From NCBI GenBank assembly GCA_951406725.2, contig OX597825.1, positions 62,124,001-62,188,000 of the forward strand: DNA of 64,000 nt. The letters are read 5' to 3'. Position 1 is the first letter of the stretch, and each line of letters starts with the position of its first letter. Of the stretch, positions 24,110-37,212 are shown one piece after another. The notes under the pieces are model-generated. The model did not search any database. It saw nothing but the letters and a program-made list of their open reading frames with translations, and had not been told where the DNA came from. Origin of the DNA: Octopus vulgaris. Taxonomy: Eukaryota. A program made the translations under genes and the position numbers.

Positions 24110-25300
24110 AAAAATAATCATGCACTGATTACAGAGGAACTGAAAGCACCTGACTCAGATCTTACAATGAAAGCTATGTTGGGACTTAAGAGTTTCTTTT
24201 GTAGTCTCACTAGCAACTCTAGAAACAAGGACCTGATCAAAGAGATGCAGCCAATGCAACAGAAAAGTTTACTGATCTTGTAAGACACTATATCAGCTGC
24301 AATCTTTCTTGCAACTACATCTGATGCTTCTGCAGCCATATCAAGAACTGTAGTACCGGTTGAAATAAACTGTAAAACAGTGCATCTTTTTCTTGAGACT
24401 AGAAGCACACTGAGCTTCATAAACCCATGTCAAACCCACAGTAACCCCAACTCTTCAATGCAACACTTTAAATGGTTTCTATAAATCACTATTCCATAGC
24501 CCATGGTCATAATATAATTGATATTACACTTGGCTCTCCCAACTATCACAAATTATAATTACAGTCCGAAAAAACTTAATTTTAGATGCTATACTTTGAT
24601 AGGGTATCATAAATTAATATTATACTGTAAATGCCCTTCTCAAAGGTACTCAACATATTTTTTCCATATATGTAACTTGACTGCTATATGAGTCCATCAC
24701 CTCCTGTTATTTGATAAATTCATATTTAGCAGAATATGAATGAAAACACTCATTAACTAAAAACAAGGCATGGGTAATCATTGAAGCTCTCCAAAAATGG
24801 AAGCATTATTTCCTAGAATAACATTTTCTCATTGCTCATAGCAAATCAAAAATTAGTCTTGTTCATATACATATATAAGTGAGAAAAATTTAAAAATTAA
24901 AAAAAAAACATTTTATTTACCAGACACTAGTTCTAATTAGACTGCCTCTCATATGACACTCTTTATCCCTCTTGCTCACTAAACTATATCACTAATATGT
25001 TTTTAAGTATCTTTTGAGCAGCGAAACTCCAAAATCTTAAAGAAATCTATGATGTCCTTTGTCATCTCAGTATAATATGGTTTATTATCATGTGTGTACT
25101 AAGAAGTTAGTTTACTTAATAAATGAAATAAGAAGAAACACTACTATCCATTCAATTTGTGCTGAAATAAAACCCAAAATTGAAAACCATCTGATGAAAG
25201 CTACCTGCTTGCTTTAGAGACAAAACATTGGTTTCAAAAGTCCCTTCTACAAGTGACAAACAAAAATTACTATTGACTGATTGTTGTTAATGTATAGAGC
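24110..25300 (+). mobile_element. Decayed, internally deleted Ty3/Gypsy LTR retrotransposon (gag Zn-knuckle, protease, RNase H, integrase N-terminal half; RT missing)
   Basis: SFFCSLT..CSQCNRK (knuckles); VEINCKTVHLFLETRSTLSFIN (~INGK.V.ALIDTGSTLSFI); KNKAWVIIEALQKWKHYFLE*HF (~EKEAYAIVEALRKWRHYLLGRHF); LKEIYDVLCHLS..ICAEIKP..HLMKAT..RQNIGFKSP (~LH..LCHPG..CAELKP..LIKATQPFERLNIDFKGP), in Gypsy domain order. Confidence 0.8.
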
Positions 25301-25330
25301 CTTTTTTTTTATTTTCTTTTAGCAACATGT

Positions 25331-25795
25331 GAAGGCACATGGTGCAGTGGCTAGAGCATCGAGCTCACGATCATGAGGTGGTGAGTTTGATTCCTGGACC
25401 AGGCTGTGTGTTGTGTTCTTCAGCAAGACACCTTATTTTATGTTGTTCCAGTTCACTCAACTGTAGAGATGGGTTGCTAAGTCACTGGTACAAAGCTGTA
25501 TTGGCTTTGCCTCTCCCTTGGTTAACATTGGTGGCATGGATAGGAGAGGCTGGTATGCATGGGTGAATGTTGGTCTTCCATAAACAACCTTGTTTATGGG
25601 AGGTGGTGACTTGGCAGAAATGTTAGCATGCTAGGCAAAATGCTTAGCGGTATTTTGTCGACTGTGCCTTTCATCCTTTCAGGGTCAATTAAATGAGTAC
25701 CAGTTACGCACTGGGGTCGATGTAATCGACTTAATCCGATTGTCTGTCCTTGTTTGTCCCCTCTGTGTTTAGCCCCTTGTGGGTAGTAAAGAAAT
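25331..25795 (+). mobile_element. H1-T3 SINE (25331-25592) followed by a Meta-domain-like SINE (25607-25795)
   Basis: Similar to 9217-9520 and to 53028-53260 respectively. Confidence 0.8.
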
Positions 25796-26350
25796 ATATT
25801 AGATACTATAAATCTATGCATCAATCTAACCCTGACCAATCTCAGGACACCACTGACAAACTGTGTAATTCTATGCCTATTATGGTCTGTTTGCACACTG
25901 AATATTTTCTACATCAAAGTCACCATCAAACACAGATTTTAATCTGCTCACAACCATGTTCCAAAGCTACTCTACTAAATTTTAAAAGAAAGACTCCATA
26001 TTTACATAACTATTATGAATAGGCTGTTATTCACCTTGTTTTATGGTTAACTGCTAATTTCATATTCTCAAATAGGGAAAACATTAAGATAATTATTTTG
26101 TATTTTGTGTTGTATTTTTATACTGCATTTCCTCATTACATTAATATCTCACCTCTCTTTAATATCAATTCACCTCTGCATTTTTAATAATGTCCTTTAC
26201 TTATGTGAGTTATACTATAACTTTTGTACCTAGAAATATGGTGTTGTTTGAAGTAAATTAAAGGTTTCTTCATGCTAGCCTAAATCTATTTCGGTACAAA
26301 GAGTGCATACACATATAAACACATATACATACATTTATAAATATATATAT

Positions 26351-26431
<81 letters not shown>

Positions 26432-26614
26432 CTGTGGTGCACCTGAGCACTGTATACAATAATTTCATTATTATTATTATTACACATACATATACATATA
26501 TTCATATATATAAACTCCTTCCACGCTGCATATATATATGCATGTACTTATATATATATAATGATATATATATACACATATATATATACACATACATATG
26601 TATATGTATGTACG

Positions 26615-26645
<31 letters not shown>

Positions 26646-26679
26646 GTATGTGTATATATATGTCTATATACATATATAT

Positions 26680-26738
<59 letters not shown>

Positions 26739-27293
26739 TACACACATATATATCTTTATATATATATATATATAAAAGATATATATATAGACATATGTAT
26801 ACACAGACATATGTATATGTATGTACATATATATGTATATATATGTGTGTATATATATATGTATATATATATATGTTCCAATGTAAAATAGTTATATGTA
26901 GTAATTATATATGTTTCGGTAAATAATAGTTATTTGGCAGAATTACTTCAAGATATATATATATTATTGATATTTAGCCATCAGCAAGAGCACTTTCTAT
27001 TTAGTTTGCGTGTTGCACTAAGAATGGAAAATCTTATGAAATACAAACAACTGTATAGAAACACATGCATGTGTGCTTGTACTTAACTCTGTGTGTGTGT
27101 GTGTGCGTGTGTGTGTGGAAGTGATAGAAAGTGTATGTGGCATACTGTTATTTGGTAAGAAAGCATTGCCGATTGTAAATATTCAAAGGAGGGGGAAAAA
27201 TTCAGAACCATTTATTGAAATAGACTTTGTGAATAAATATTGGTATTCCTGTATGTTTTGAGTAAAAGTCCTTCCTGATACATTCTAGTGATA

Positions 27294-27750
27294 CAGGTGG
27301 GACTGTGTGGTTAAGAAGAAGCTTGCTTTTGAACCATATGGTATTGGGTTCAGTCCCACAGAGTAACACCTGGGATAAATACCTTCTGCTATAGCCCTGG
27401 ATTGAGAAAAATCTTGTGAGTAGATGTAGTCCACAGAAACTGAGAGAAGCCTATTGTGTATGTGTGTGAGTATGTGTGAGAGTGCATGTGATTGTGTGTG
27501 AGTGTGTATATATGTGTGTGCATACATTTGCATGTGTGGGTGTTTGTGTTTAAGTGTGTGTTTGTCTTCCATGGATTCTTGACAACCAGGGTTAGTTTGT
27601 TTAGTCCCTGTGACTTAGCGATTCAGCAAAAGACCCCTATAAGATTATTGACCCCCATTTACAAATAAGTACCGGGACTAATTTGCTTGACTAAACCCTT
27701 CAAAGCAGTGCTCCAGCACGACCACAGTCCAGTGACTGAAACAAGTAAAA
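27294..27750 (+). mobile_element. Old CORE-like SINE family A
   Basis: Degenerate head, (TG)n centre, and tail CAGTGACTGAAACAAGTAAAA. Confidence 0.7.
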
Positions 27751-28695
27751 TCATCATCATCATCATCATCACCACCACCACCACCACTACTTCCACCATC
27801 ACCAACACCACCACCAACACCACCACCACCACCACCACCAACACCACCACCACCACCACCACCGCATTCTTAGTAGCTTAGAGTAGGCTCAAATTAGAGA
27901 TTATTCTTTGTGGCTAATGGCGTGAGTCCTGATTGGAAGAAGAAGAAGAAGACAACAGCAGCAGTGACAACATCAACAACAACAACCCCAATGACAATAG
28001 CAGTAGTGGTAGCAACAATTACAACAGCAGCAGCAACCGCTGTTCAAGAATCTGGACCTGGAGGTTTCCATTTCCAGCGACTTCGAGTGCCACTTCCCAG
28101 TGGTGTTGGGCGTCAATGAAGAGCCCTCGACTACAACAAGACGACCAAAGTTGGATTTTTTCCAAGGTCTGGGGTCTCCCGCCCCTAAGCCCTAGACCAT
28201 CACCTAATCACCCTTACCTGTCTTCTTGCTTAACAACAACAACAGCAACAACAGCAACAACAGCATCAATGAAGGCAACAACAACAATAACTACAACAAT
28301 AACAACTACAACAACAACAATAGCAACAACAGCAATAACAACAACAACAACAACAACACCAGCAACAATATCAACCACAATAACAATCAGCCACATAAAA
28401 TATCTGTCTGTTTTATCCCCACAGCTCCACATTTTAATTTACCACTAAGCCATTAACAAGAGAAATACTTCATTAATACGTCTCCTTCACATAATTATTA
28501 ATCTGTATCACCTTTGTAATTTACAAACAATAGATGAATTAATTACAAATTGTTGAGTTTCTAAATGCATTTGGTAATGGAAGCATTACAGAATGCTGTG
28601 GACAGACACAGCACAGAGAAGCCTTGCATTTTATGTTGCTTGTGTCACATAAAGGGGATCCCGTCCATGCTGTAAAGTGGCTTCCATTAGGAAGG

Positions 28696-29275
28696 GCTGG
28701 CAGAAATGTTAGCACGCTGGGCGAAATGCTTAGTGGTATTTCGTCTGCCGTTACGTTCTAAGTTCAAATTCCGCCGAGGTCGACTTTGCCTTTCATCCTT
28801 TCGGGGTTGATTAAATTAAGTATCAATTATGCACTGAGGTCGATGTAATCGACGTAATCCGTTTGTCCCCTCTGTGTTTAGCCCCTTGTGGGTAGTAAAG
28901 AAATAGGTATTTCATATGCTATTATGTTCTGAGTTCAAATTCTGCCGAGGTCGACTTTGCCTTTCATCCTTTCAGGGTCGATAAATTAAGTATCAGTTAT
29001 GCACTGGGGTTGATGTAATCAATTTAATCTGTTTGTCTGTCCTTGTTTGTCCCCTCTGTGTTTAGCCCCTTGTGGGTAGTAAAGAAATAGGTATTTCATT
29101 TGCTATTATGTTCTGAGTTCAAATTCCGCAGGGGTCGACATTGCCTTTCATTCTTTTGGGGTCGATAAATTAAGTATCAGTTATGCACTGGAATTGATGT
29201 AATCGACTTAATCCCTTTGTCTGTCCTTGTTTTTCCCCTCTATGTTTAGCCCCATGTGGGCAATAAAGAAATAAG
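28696..29275 (+). mobile_element. Head-to-tail trimer of Meta-domain-like SINE (family B), inserted in an RTE 3'-UTR
   Basis: Three units of ~170-185 bp, each with GTTCAAATTCC and GACTTTGCCTTTCATCCTTTCGGGGTCGATAAATTAAGTA; the host RTE tail is split at AGGAAGGGC/AGAAGGGC. Confidence 0.88.
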
Positions 29276-30322
29276 AAGGGCGGCATCCCTATATAGAGAA
29301 AAAAATGCCAAAACAGAGAGTACAGTCTTCTGGCTGGCCAGCTTCTGTAAAAACTGTCCAATCCATGCCCGCATAGAAGACGGATGTTAAAAGCTGATGA
29401 CAGTGATGACAACGACGATGGTGGTGGTGGTGGTGGTGTTGGTGGTGTCGGTGGTGATGGCAATGATGATGAGCATGAAGATGATAATGAACACAAAGTA
29501 GACGATGACAATGATGATGATGACAATGAAGATGATGAAGGCGATGATGACAATGATGACGACGACTACGATGTTGATGATGGAACCTTAGTAAAATTAG
29601 GCATATAATAATTATTTCTTTATTACCCACAAGAGGCTAAACATAGAGGGGACAAACAAGGACAAACAAGGGGATTAAGTCAATTACATCGATCTCAGTA
29701 CGTAACTGGTACTTATTTAATCAACTCCAAAAGGATGAAAGGCAAAGTCGACCTTGGCAGAATTTGAACTCAGAACGTAACTCAGGCATATAATAATGAT
29801 GCCTTCATGTAGTATTCTTTCAGTTTTCACTCACACGTATCAATCATTGTTTGGAATAATGTTCATCCTGCATTTATGCCTGAAGCATTTATGAAAAATT
29901 GGTAAATCTGAAGGGTTTTTTTTTTCCCGTTTTTCATCCCATCTTGTATTTCTGACATACTCACAGGCATGTTGTCTTGTTCTATATAGCAATTGCAGCG
30001 AATGAAACAGAATTAAATATGAATGTCCTGATATGTTTAGATATTTCCATCAGATTCTGATGGAGATATACTTCATTAACTATTCAATACATTTTTCAAT
30101 CTATACAATATATACATTTAATTAAAATTTTGTGTAACTTTGAATTTGAAATCCTTAATTTATACCACTCTACATTTTGACAACTGAACTATTGGAATAT
30201 ACAGAAGCAATCTTCTTTTGTCCCAGATTTGTATAATACCAGAATAACTCTACACAGCGACTATTACTGTCTGATTCAATATATTCATCATATATTTATT
30301 TATATTATTTATGCATAAGTCC

Positions 30323-30370
30323 ACCCGCATAGCTCAGTCAGTAGAGCATCAGACTTTTAATCTGAGGGTC
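30323..30370 (+). pseudogene. tRNA-Lys-TTT: 3'-truncated tRNA-Lys(UUU) pseudogene (first 48 nt)
   Basis: ACCCGCATAGCTCAGTCAGTAGAGCATCAGACTTTTAATCTGAGGGTC versus metazoan tRNA-Lys GCCCGGATAGCTCAGTCGGTAGAGCATCAGACTTTTAATCTGAGGGTC (3 differences); the T-arm and 3' acceptor strand are absent. Confidence 0.88.
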
Positions 30371-30573
30371 GTGGCACGTGAGCTGAAACTAGATAACATA
30401 AATAGGTACACGCATGGTTGTGTAGTAAGAAGCTTGCTTCCAAACAACATGGTCCTGGGTTCAGTCCCACTGTGTGGTAACTTCAGCAAGTGTCTTCTAC
30501 TATGGCCTCAGGCTGATCAAAGCTTAGTAAGAGTATTTAGTAGACAGAAGCTGAAAGACGCCTGTCATACATA

Positions 30574-30789
30574 ATGTCTGCAAGTCCAACGGAGGTTTCA
30601 AAAGACATTTTAAGATCCACAAAAATCAGAAATTAACTGCTGCCCTTGGTAGTCCAAAATGAGTATGCAATTTATGTGGGTGTCTTTTCAAAACATTGCC
30701 TGGTTTAAAAATCCACATCAGATGCCATGATAGATCTAAGGTGTAAGTATAAGAGGTGGTCAGACTCTGCTTAAGGAGTAGACAACCAA
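30574..30789 (+). mobile_element. RTE-clade LINE 3' fragment with C-terminal C2H2 fingers
   Basis: VCKSNGGFKRHFKIH...*VCNLCGCLFKTLPGLKIHIRCH then a stop and short 3'UTR; CATACATA direct repeat at 30566-30573 and 30790-30797; lies at the end of a family A SINE head (30407-30565). Confidence 0.7.
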
Positions 30790-30814
30790 CATACATATAT
30801 ATATATATATAAAA

Positions 30815-31014
30815 TGTGACCGCGTGTGAACCGTTGGCGATTTTTTTCCTCTGTCTTCCCTTCTCTGGATCTTTCCTTCTCCTATGTTTCCAATGAAGAG
30901 CTCCACTCGAAACGTTAAACCCTCCTTCTTTCCTTCTTTCCTGAGCGTCCAATAATACTATATTTGTTCCATGTCCTCGCGTTGTTGTGTTTTTTTGTGC
31001 TTTCTTGTTTGGAT

Positions 31015-31019
<5 letters not shown>
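30815..31019 (+). mobile_element. ~205-bp (TA)n-flanked element with a hammerhead-like motif, copy B
   Basis: Paralogue of 20925-21130; GTTT-CCAATGA-A-GAGC-TCC-ACTC-GAAA-CG-TT-AAAC at 30886-30920. Confidence 0.75.
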
Positions 31020-31077
<58 letters not shown>

Positions 31078-31254
31078 GTATATACATATATATATATATT
31101 TGACTTTAAGAGTCCCTCCTTGCATACAGCATTTATGTATAGTAATGCCCTTAATATAAATAAATATATTTAAAGGAAAATTAATAAATTTTTCACGCTA
31201 ACCACTTGATAATTTCTTATAAAGATTTTATCCTATTTTAAAATTATATATATA

Positions 31255-32182
31255 TATTGGGTCATCCCATAAATAATGCAATTTTTTCAATTGCATGAAC
31301 TAAAAGTTAGAGGGGGATGGGATAAACTATCTGCATCAACTTGCTATTAGAAGCAGGTAATAATTTTACCTTCTACTTATTCACATTGCAAATTTTGAAG
31401 AGTACAGTTAAATTTTAACAGTAATTTATCAAAGCTATAATGAAAGTGACAAAGAGTATATTCAGCATATTTTGCTTTATGAATTCAATAAAAGCAACAG
31501 TGTGACAGAAAGTGTGAGGAATAGTAATGCAGTATATGGGGATCAGACGATAAGCGTAAACCAGTGTCAATGGTAGTTCCAGAAATTCTGAGCCAGAAAC
31601 TACAACCTAGAAGATCAGCATCATCCTGGAAGATCTGTAAAGCTTAATGAAAACGTCCTGCAAAACCCTAGTGGAACAAAATCCCATTACAACTGTTGAG
31701 GAACTAGCACAGAGAAGCTTGGATTTGGTTGTTCAACCAGTCATCGATACCAGCGCTAGAAGAAAAACGACCATCTTTTGGTTTCAAGATGAAAAGTGTT
31801 CTTCTATCAGGATAATGCTCAGCCACATACAATGAGAAACACATTCCAAAGGCTGAAGCAGTTTGAATGAGAAATAATGCCCCACCCGCCATATTTGCCG
31901 GACATTGCCTCATCTGATTATCATTTATTCCACAGGTTTCAAAATCATTTGGACAGAAAATATATGAATTCTGTAGGTGAGGTCAGAACAGTGCTGGAGA
32001 AGTATTTTTCATCATGGACAAGTGAATTTTGGAAGAGGGTCCTTGCAAGTATAACAGATAGATTGAAGAACATGAAAATGAAGGAAAGTGTAATTTAGAT
32101 TAAGAAATGAACTTAGTTTATCTTAATTTTGAAAAATAAAAGAACCATAAAAAAGGTGCATTATTTATGGAATGACCCAATA
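31255..32182 (+). mobile_element. Mariner (DD34D) transposon with both TIRs, internally deleted; transposase pseudogene
   Basis: TIR TATTGGGTCATCCCATAAATAATGCA / TGCATTATTTATGGAATGACCCAATA within TA runs; N-terminal HILLYEFNK..W*FQKF..LED..PGR from ~31440 and C-terminal PHPPYLPDIASSDYHLF; stops and frameshifts. Confidence 0.93.
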
Positions 32183-32187
32183 TATAC

Positions 32188-32231
<44 letters not shown>

Positions 32232-32876
32232 ATGTGTGTGTATATGTTCTGCAGGGGCATGCTTGTCCATGTAGGTATATCTATGTATATACGTATGTGT
32301 GTATATATCTATGTGTGTCTACACACTAAAAACCTTTTAATTGGTCTTCTGTTTACTTTGAGTAAAATAATGTCAAGTGACACACATTGCCGTAGCAACC
32401 CAAGTCAAAAACACAAAAATGTTTAAGAACTGAGATGGTCCATACTTACCACAATAGTCTATGATATTTCTCTTTTCTCTTAAACAATCTTGATGGCTTA
32501 ACAAACCATTCCTTCTTCCCCACTTAATCCAGCAACTGTGCTGATTGACACATACACATTATATTATTCATGCATAGGTGCAACTAAATACGACAAGCAT
32601 TTAATCCATCATGCCAAATTACTGATTTTAGCCTACCCCTTGGTTTATTTTCAAGGCTATCATTGAGTTTTTAAATGACTGAAATAACAAGTAATATAAA
32701 AATGTGACATTTCGTGTGATACAACCTCCTATATATATATATATAAATATAGTTATAAACATTTTTTGTTTTGACTTATATATATATATATATTTATATA
32801 TACATAAAGATATTTATAAGAATATACATATATCCATATATATATATATATACACATACACACACACATATACACA

Positions 32877-33104
32877 CAGGGTGGCCCAAAAGAACTCTTC
32901 CAGTTATCAAGTAGGCATTTTAAATTTATTTTAAAACATTTTATTACATTTAAATTTCTGACTTTCAAACTGAAAAGGGTGTTTGACAAAATTAACTGAA
33001 TTAGCATCGAATAATGTTTTCATATTTTTTATAATTAAGATCTAAACTGTCAATATGTCAATGCGAAAGAGATAGTTGAATAGCCTTACTTTTGTGCCAA
33101 TTTG
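32877..33104. mobile_element. Tc1/mariner-type MITE (degenerate)
   Basis: Imperfect TIRs CAGGGTGGCCCAAAAG ... CTTTTGTGCCAATTTG in a TA/CA context. Confidence 0.45.
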
Positions 33105-33177
33105 TATATAAACATATATATACATATACATATATATATTTATTTATATGTATATACATACATATATATATATAGAC

Positions 33178-33221
<44 letters not shown>

Positions 33222-33907
33222 TTATTTTAAATCACAGTTTTTCTCTTCATTTAATTTCAGCATAATCCATGACAAAAATATAAAAAAAGTATGTATGAAT
33301 TTTAGGTTAGGTGAAAAATAAATCAACTACTTGCTATTGTTCTTTATTGCCTGGTGTGATATGTAATTATTTTTCATAAATTGTATAGCTTTATCTCATC
33401 TAATGGATACCCAAACAAATGGTCAACAGCCACTCAAACATAATAGACCAACATCACTGTCATTATTATTTTTACCATGATATATATATGTGTGTATGTA
33501 TATGTATATGTAAACATATATATATGTATATGTATATATATATGTATATATATATATATATATATATGTGTATATACATGTAAATATATGCATATATATA
33601 TGTATATGTATATATATATGTATATATATATGTATATGTATATATATATGTATATATATGTATATGTATATGTATATATATATATATGCATATATACATA
33701 TATATATACATGGATATCATCATCATAATCAAGCGGGCATTAAATGATGATGATGATGATGATATACATATATATACATATATACATGCATACATAAATA
33801 TATATGTATATATCTATATTATATATATATATATATACATATATATATACCTACACGCACAATTGTACATACATGTTTACATATATATATATACGAGTGT
33901 GTGTGTA

Positions 33908-33965
<58 letters not shown>

Positions 33966-34835
33966 CTTACATAAATACATACATAAATATGTATACATAT
34001 ATATATATATATATGTATGTATATAGATACAAATACACATATATATATACATACATACATACATATGCACACACACACATATATATATGTGGGTGTGTAC
34101 GTGTTTGTATGTATAATTTTTTTGCAATTAGAAAACACTTAATGAAATGTAATGTGTATGATGCTCTCTTGGTTTCCACTTATTTTTATATGTCAGGTTT
34201 CCTTCCTGTATTAATTCTAAAAGTAGCATTGTCACTATCAGTATCATCATGATCATCATCATTGTCATTGTAGCTGTCGTCATCATTTTCCTCATCATCA
34301 TTATCATCACCACCACCACCACCACCATCAACACAAATACCTTGTGAGTGAATGTGATGGACGAAGTGAAATTGTGCGGAATCTCATACTATTTGGCTGT
34401 TCACCAGTTTGTCTGTCTCTCTGTCTGTCCACAAAATATGTGTGTATATGATTGATATCCTATCCATCATTTTGATCACCTGTGTTGTTTTGTTTATGTC
34501 CTTGTAACTTAGCGATTCGGTAAAAAGAGGCCAAGTAAGTATCAGTTCAAAAATACAAAACAAAAAATACCAGGTTCGATGTTTGACTAAACCCTACAAT
34601 ACTGGTCTCCAGTATGGCCATAATCCAATGACTCACACAAGTAAAAGATTGAAGGGCAAAAAATGCATCTCTTTATTTTATAAACATCTATATCTTCATT
34701 TTATGAACATGAAACTTTTCATTTCTTGAGCATGTATCTATTTTATGGAGACATATCTTTGCACTTTACAGAGGTGTGTCTCTTCTTTTAACGAGCATAT
34801 ATATTTTCCCTTCAAAAACTCCTCAAGCATAGACA

Positions 34836-35264
34836 CAGGAGTGGCTGTGTGGATAGGTGCAGGAGTATCTGTGTGGTAAGTAGCTAGCTTATGAACCATA
34901 CAGTTCCGAGTTCAGTCCTACTGCATGGCACCTTGGGCAAGTGCCTTCTACTATAGTCTCGGGCTGACCAAAGCCTTGTGAGTGGATTTGGTAGATGGAA
35001 ACTGAAAGAAGTCCGTCGTATATATGTATATGAATATATATATGTGTGTGTGTGTTTGTGTGTCTGTGTTTGTCCCCACCCTCCAACATCGCTTGACAAC
35101 TGATGCTGGTGTGTTTACGTCCCCGTAACTTAGCTGTTTGGCAAAAGAGTCCAATAGAATAAGTACTAGGCTTACAAAGAATAAGTCCTGGGGTCGATTT
35201 GCTAGACTAAAAGTGATGCTCCAGCATGGCCACAGTCAAATGACTGAAACAAGTAAAAGAGTAA
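34836..35264 (+). mobile_element. CORE-like SINE family A, full length with a duplicated 5' end
   Basis: CAGGAGTGGCTGTGTGG occurs twice at the start; canonical tail. Confidence 0.9.
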
Positions 35265-36959
35265 GCATAATAGTTGTTTCTTAGCCCCAGTTCAGTTCTA
35301 ATTGAATAATCTTATGGCTAAATGCATGCCGACCATGAGCATCCATACTCTCTTTTGTTACCTATCAAGGACTATCTTATGTTACGTATCCGATCTCAAA
35401 GACAGTAGGGTGTAATTCAAGGCACATTTTACTGTTATTTCTTTCCTATCCATTGTTGTGTCCACATAATGGCATTCCATTTGACTCATTTTATATGCAG
35501 AATTTATGAGAAATATTCTCCATAATTTTTTTTTTTTACTGATATCATTAACATCCTTTCCAAGTTCATAAATTTTATGCAACTATATCAGTGTGTGATA
35601 TTTAATCATACATACAGGCTGAGAGAAATAATATGATGCTATACACTTCTTCAAATAAACCTACTTCTAAACATAGCTTGTTATTATTTTTTCATTCAGT
35701 AATGTAGAATTATTAATGTGAAAAGTGTTAAAATACCATGTTAGAGATGCTTTTATGTGAAATATTCTATAACATTCCATATTATCTATAACTAACAAGA
35801 CTCTTTTTAATTTGTCTCTCTACAGTCTGCAACACATCACCTGAGATACAGATTCATTAGCTTTTTCTTTACCAAGACCATAAATATCACACCGCTTGTT
35901 GTGGAGTTGGAAAATATAACATTTGTTCCCAATATGCATGTATATTAATATGTATACATATATATATATATATATATACATGCATTTATATACACGTTTT
36001 TATTTGAAAAAGTAAAATGAATAAGTTAGGAGAAAATAAAATACAGTATTGTGATAATCTCCATAAAATGAAAAATAAAATAGTTTCTGTAATTTATTAG
36101 AAATATCTGTAATTCTATTGAGTTACCATGGAAACCTTCTAGCAGCCAATTATTGGAACGATATGATCATAATAAAGGAAAAATGGCTCTGTTTCTTACG
36201 GTAATTAGGGGAGAAAGAAATGCTCAATTGGTAACAGTATTATTAAAGAAAGTATTTACTTCTTTTCTTTTTTCTACATTACATAGGACACACATTTGTG
36301 TGCCTCCATGTGTGTGTGTGCAGGATTCCATGATTCTGGCTTGCTATTTATGCAGCAAAGTTGCATGTAGTCTTTATGTCATAGCTTCATTGAATAGTGA
36401 CATAGCTGAGAGATATTTATGAAAAATATCATACACATTTGATTATCAACACGAAAATATGGCAGTAAAATAGGATAATAACTCTGTTCTGAAACTCTTC
36501 ATTTAGAATTTGACAGTTTTGAGCTCAAGTGTGAGTAGGAGAAAAGAGAATGATTAATGATTAAAGGAAAAATTTTTATGATAGCCACAAGTTGTCAGTA
36601 TAAAATATAAAGTAACCATGATGTAATTTAATTAATAAAGTAGCTTATGACAAGCAACTCGTAAAATGAAACTTACATGTCTCAGAAAGAGATTTCCTGA
36701 GGCCGTTAAGTCAAGGCTTCTCCACAAAACCTATGTTATAGGAGCAGCTGACAGAATGAGACAAAATTATTGGTACACTGTCTCAGATTAAGACAGTTTA
36801 AAAGTGGAAGTATTTCTGGTGTAGGAAAGTGAAGGTGATTGTAGTGATATCATACACTTGTGTGCCACGATATACACGCAATAAAACAGGTGATAGTGTG
36901 GTATGAGCAAGGCCAAAGGAGCAGTTAGTTGGATTTAATATTCTTAAAAAAAAAAAATA

Positions 36960-37212
36960 AATGCTCCCTTTTAAAGCCTAGCTAGGCTCATGGGGCCCTG
37001 TTTCCCAGTTTCTATGGCGTATGTGTTCCCCAGCTGGACGGGACGCCAGTCCATCGCAGTGTTACTCATTTTTGCCAGCTGAGTGGAATGGAGCAATGTG
37101 AAATGAAGTGTTTTGCTCAAGAACACAACATGTCACCCGGTCCAGGAATCGAAACCACAATCTTACGAACATGATGCTGACACCCTAACCACTAAGCCAC
37201 ATGCCTCCACAT
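36960..37212 (-). mobile_element. SINE with H1 head and V-domain-like tail
   Basis: The minus strand contains CTGCGATGGACTGGCGTCCCGTCCAGCTGGG, resembling the V-SINE central domain. Confidence 0.8.

Noticed and set aside
24118-24420. 100-aa minus-strand ORF
   Set aside because: It is the antisense shadow of the plus-strand Gypsy gag-protease remnant.
30323-30400. Functional tRNA-Lys gene
   Set aside because: The B-box/T-arm and the 3' acceptor strand are missing.
30574-30756. Host C2H2 zinc-finger gene exon
   Set aside because: It has an in-frame stop, no TGEKP linker, a terminal position with a short UTR, and an 8-bp TSD, all of which indicate an RTE 3' end.
31440-32098. Functional or domesticated mariner transposase (SETMAR-like)
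   Set aside because: It has multiple stops and frameshifts, part of the catalytic domain is deleted, and there is no SET domain.
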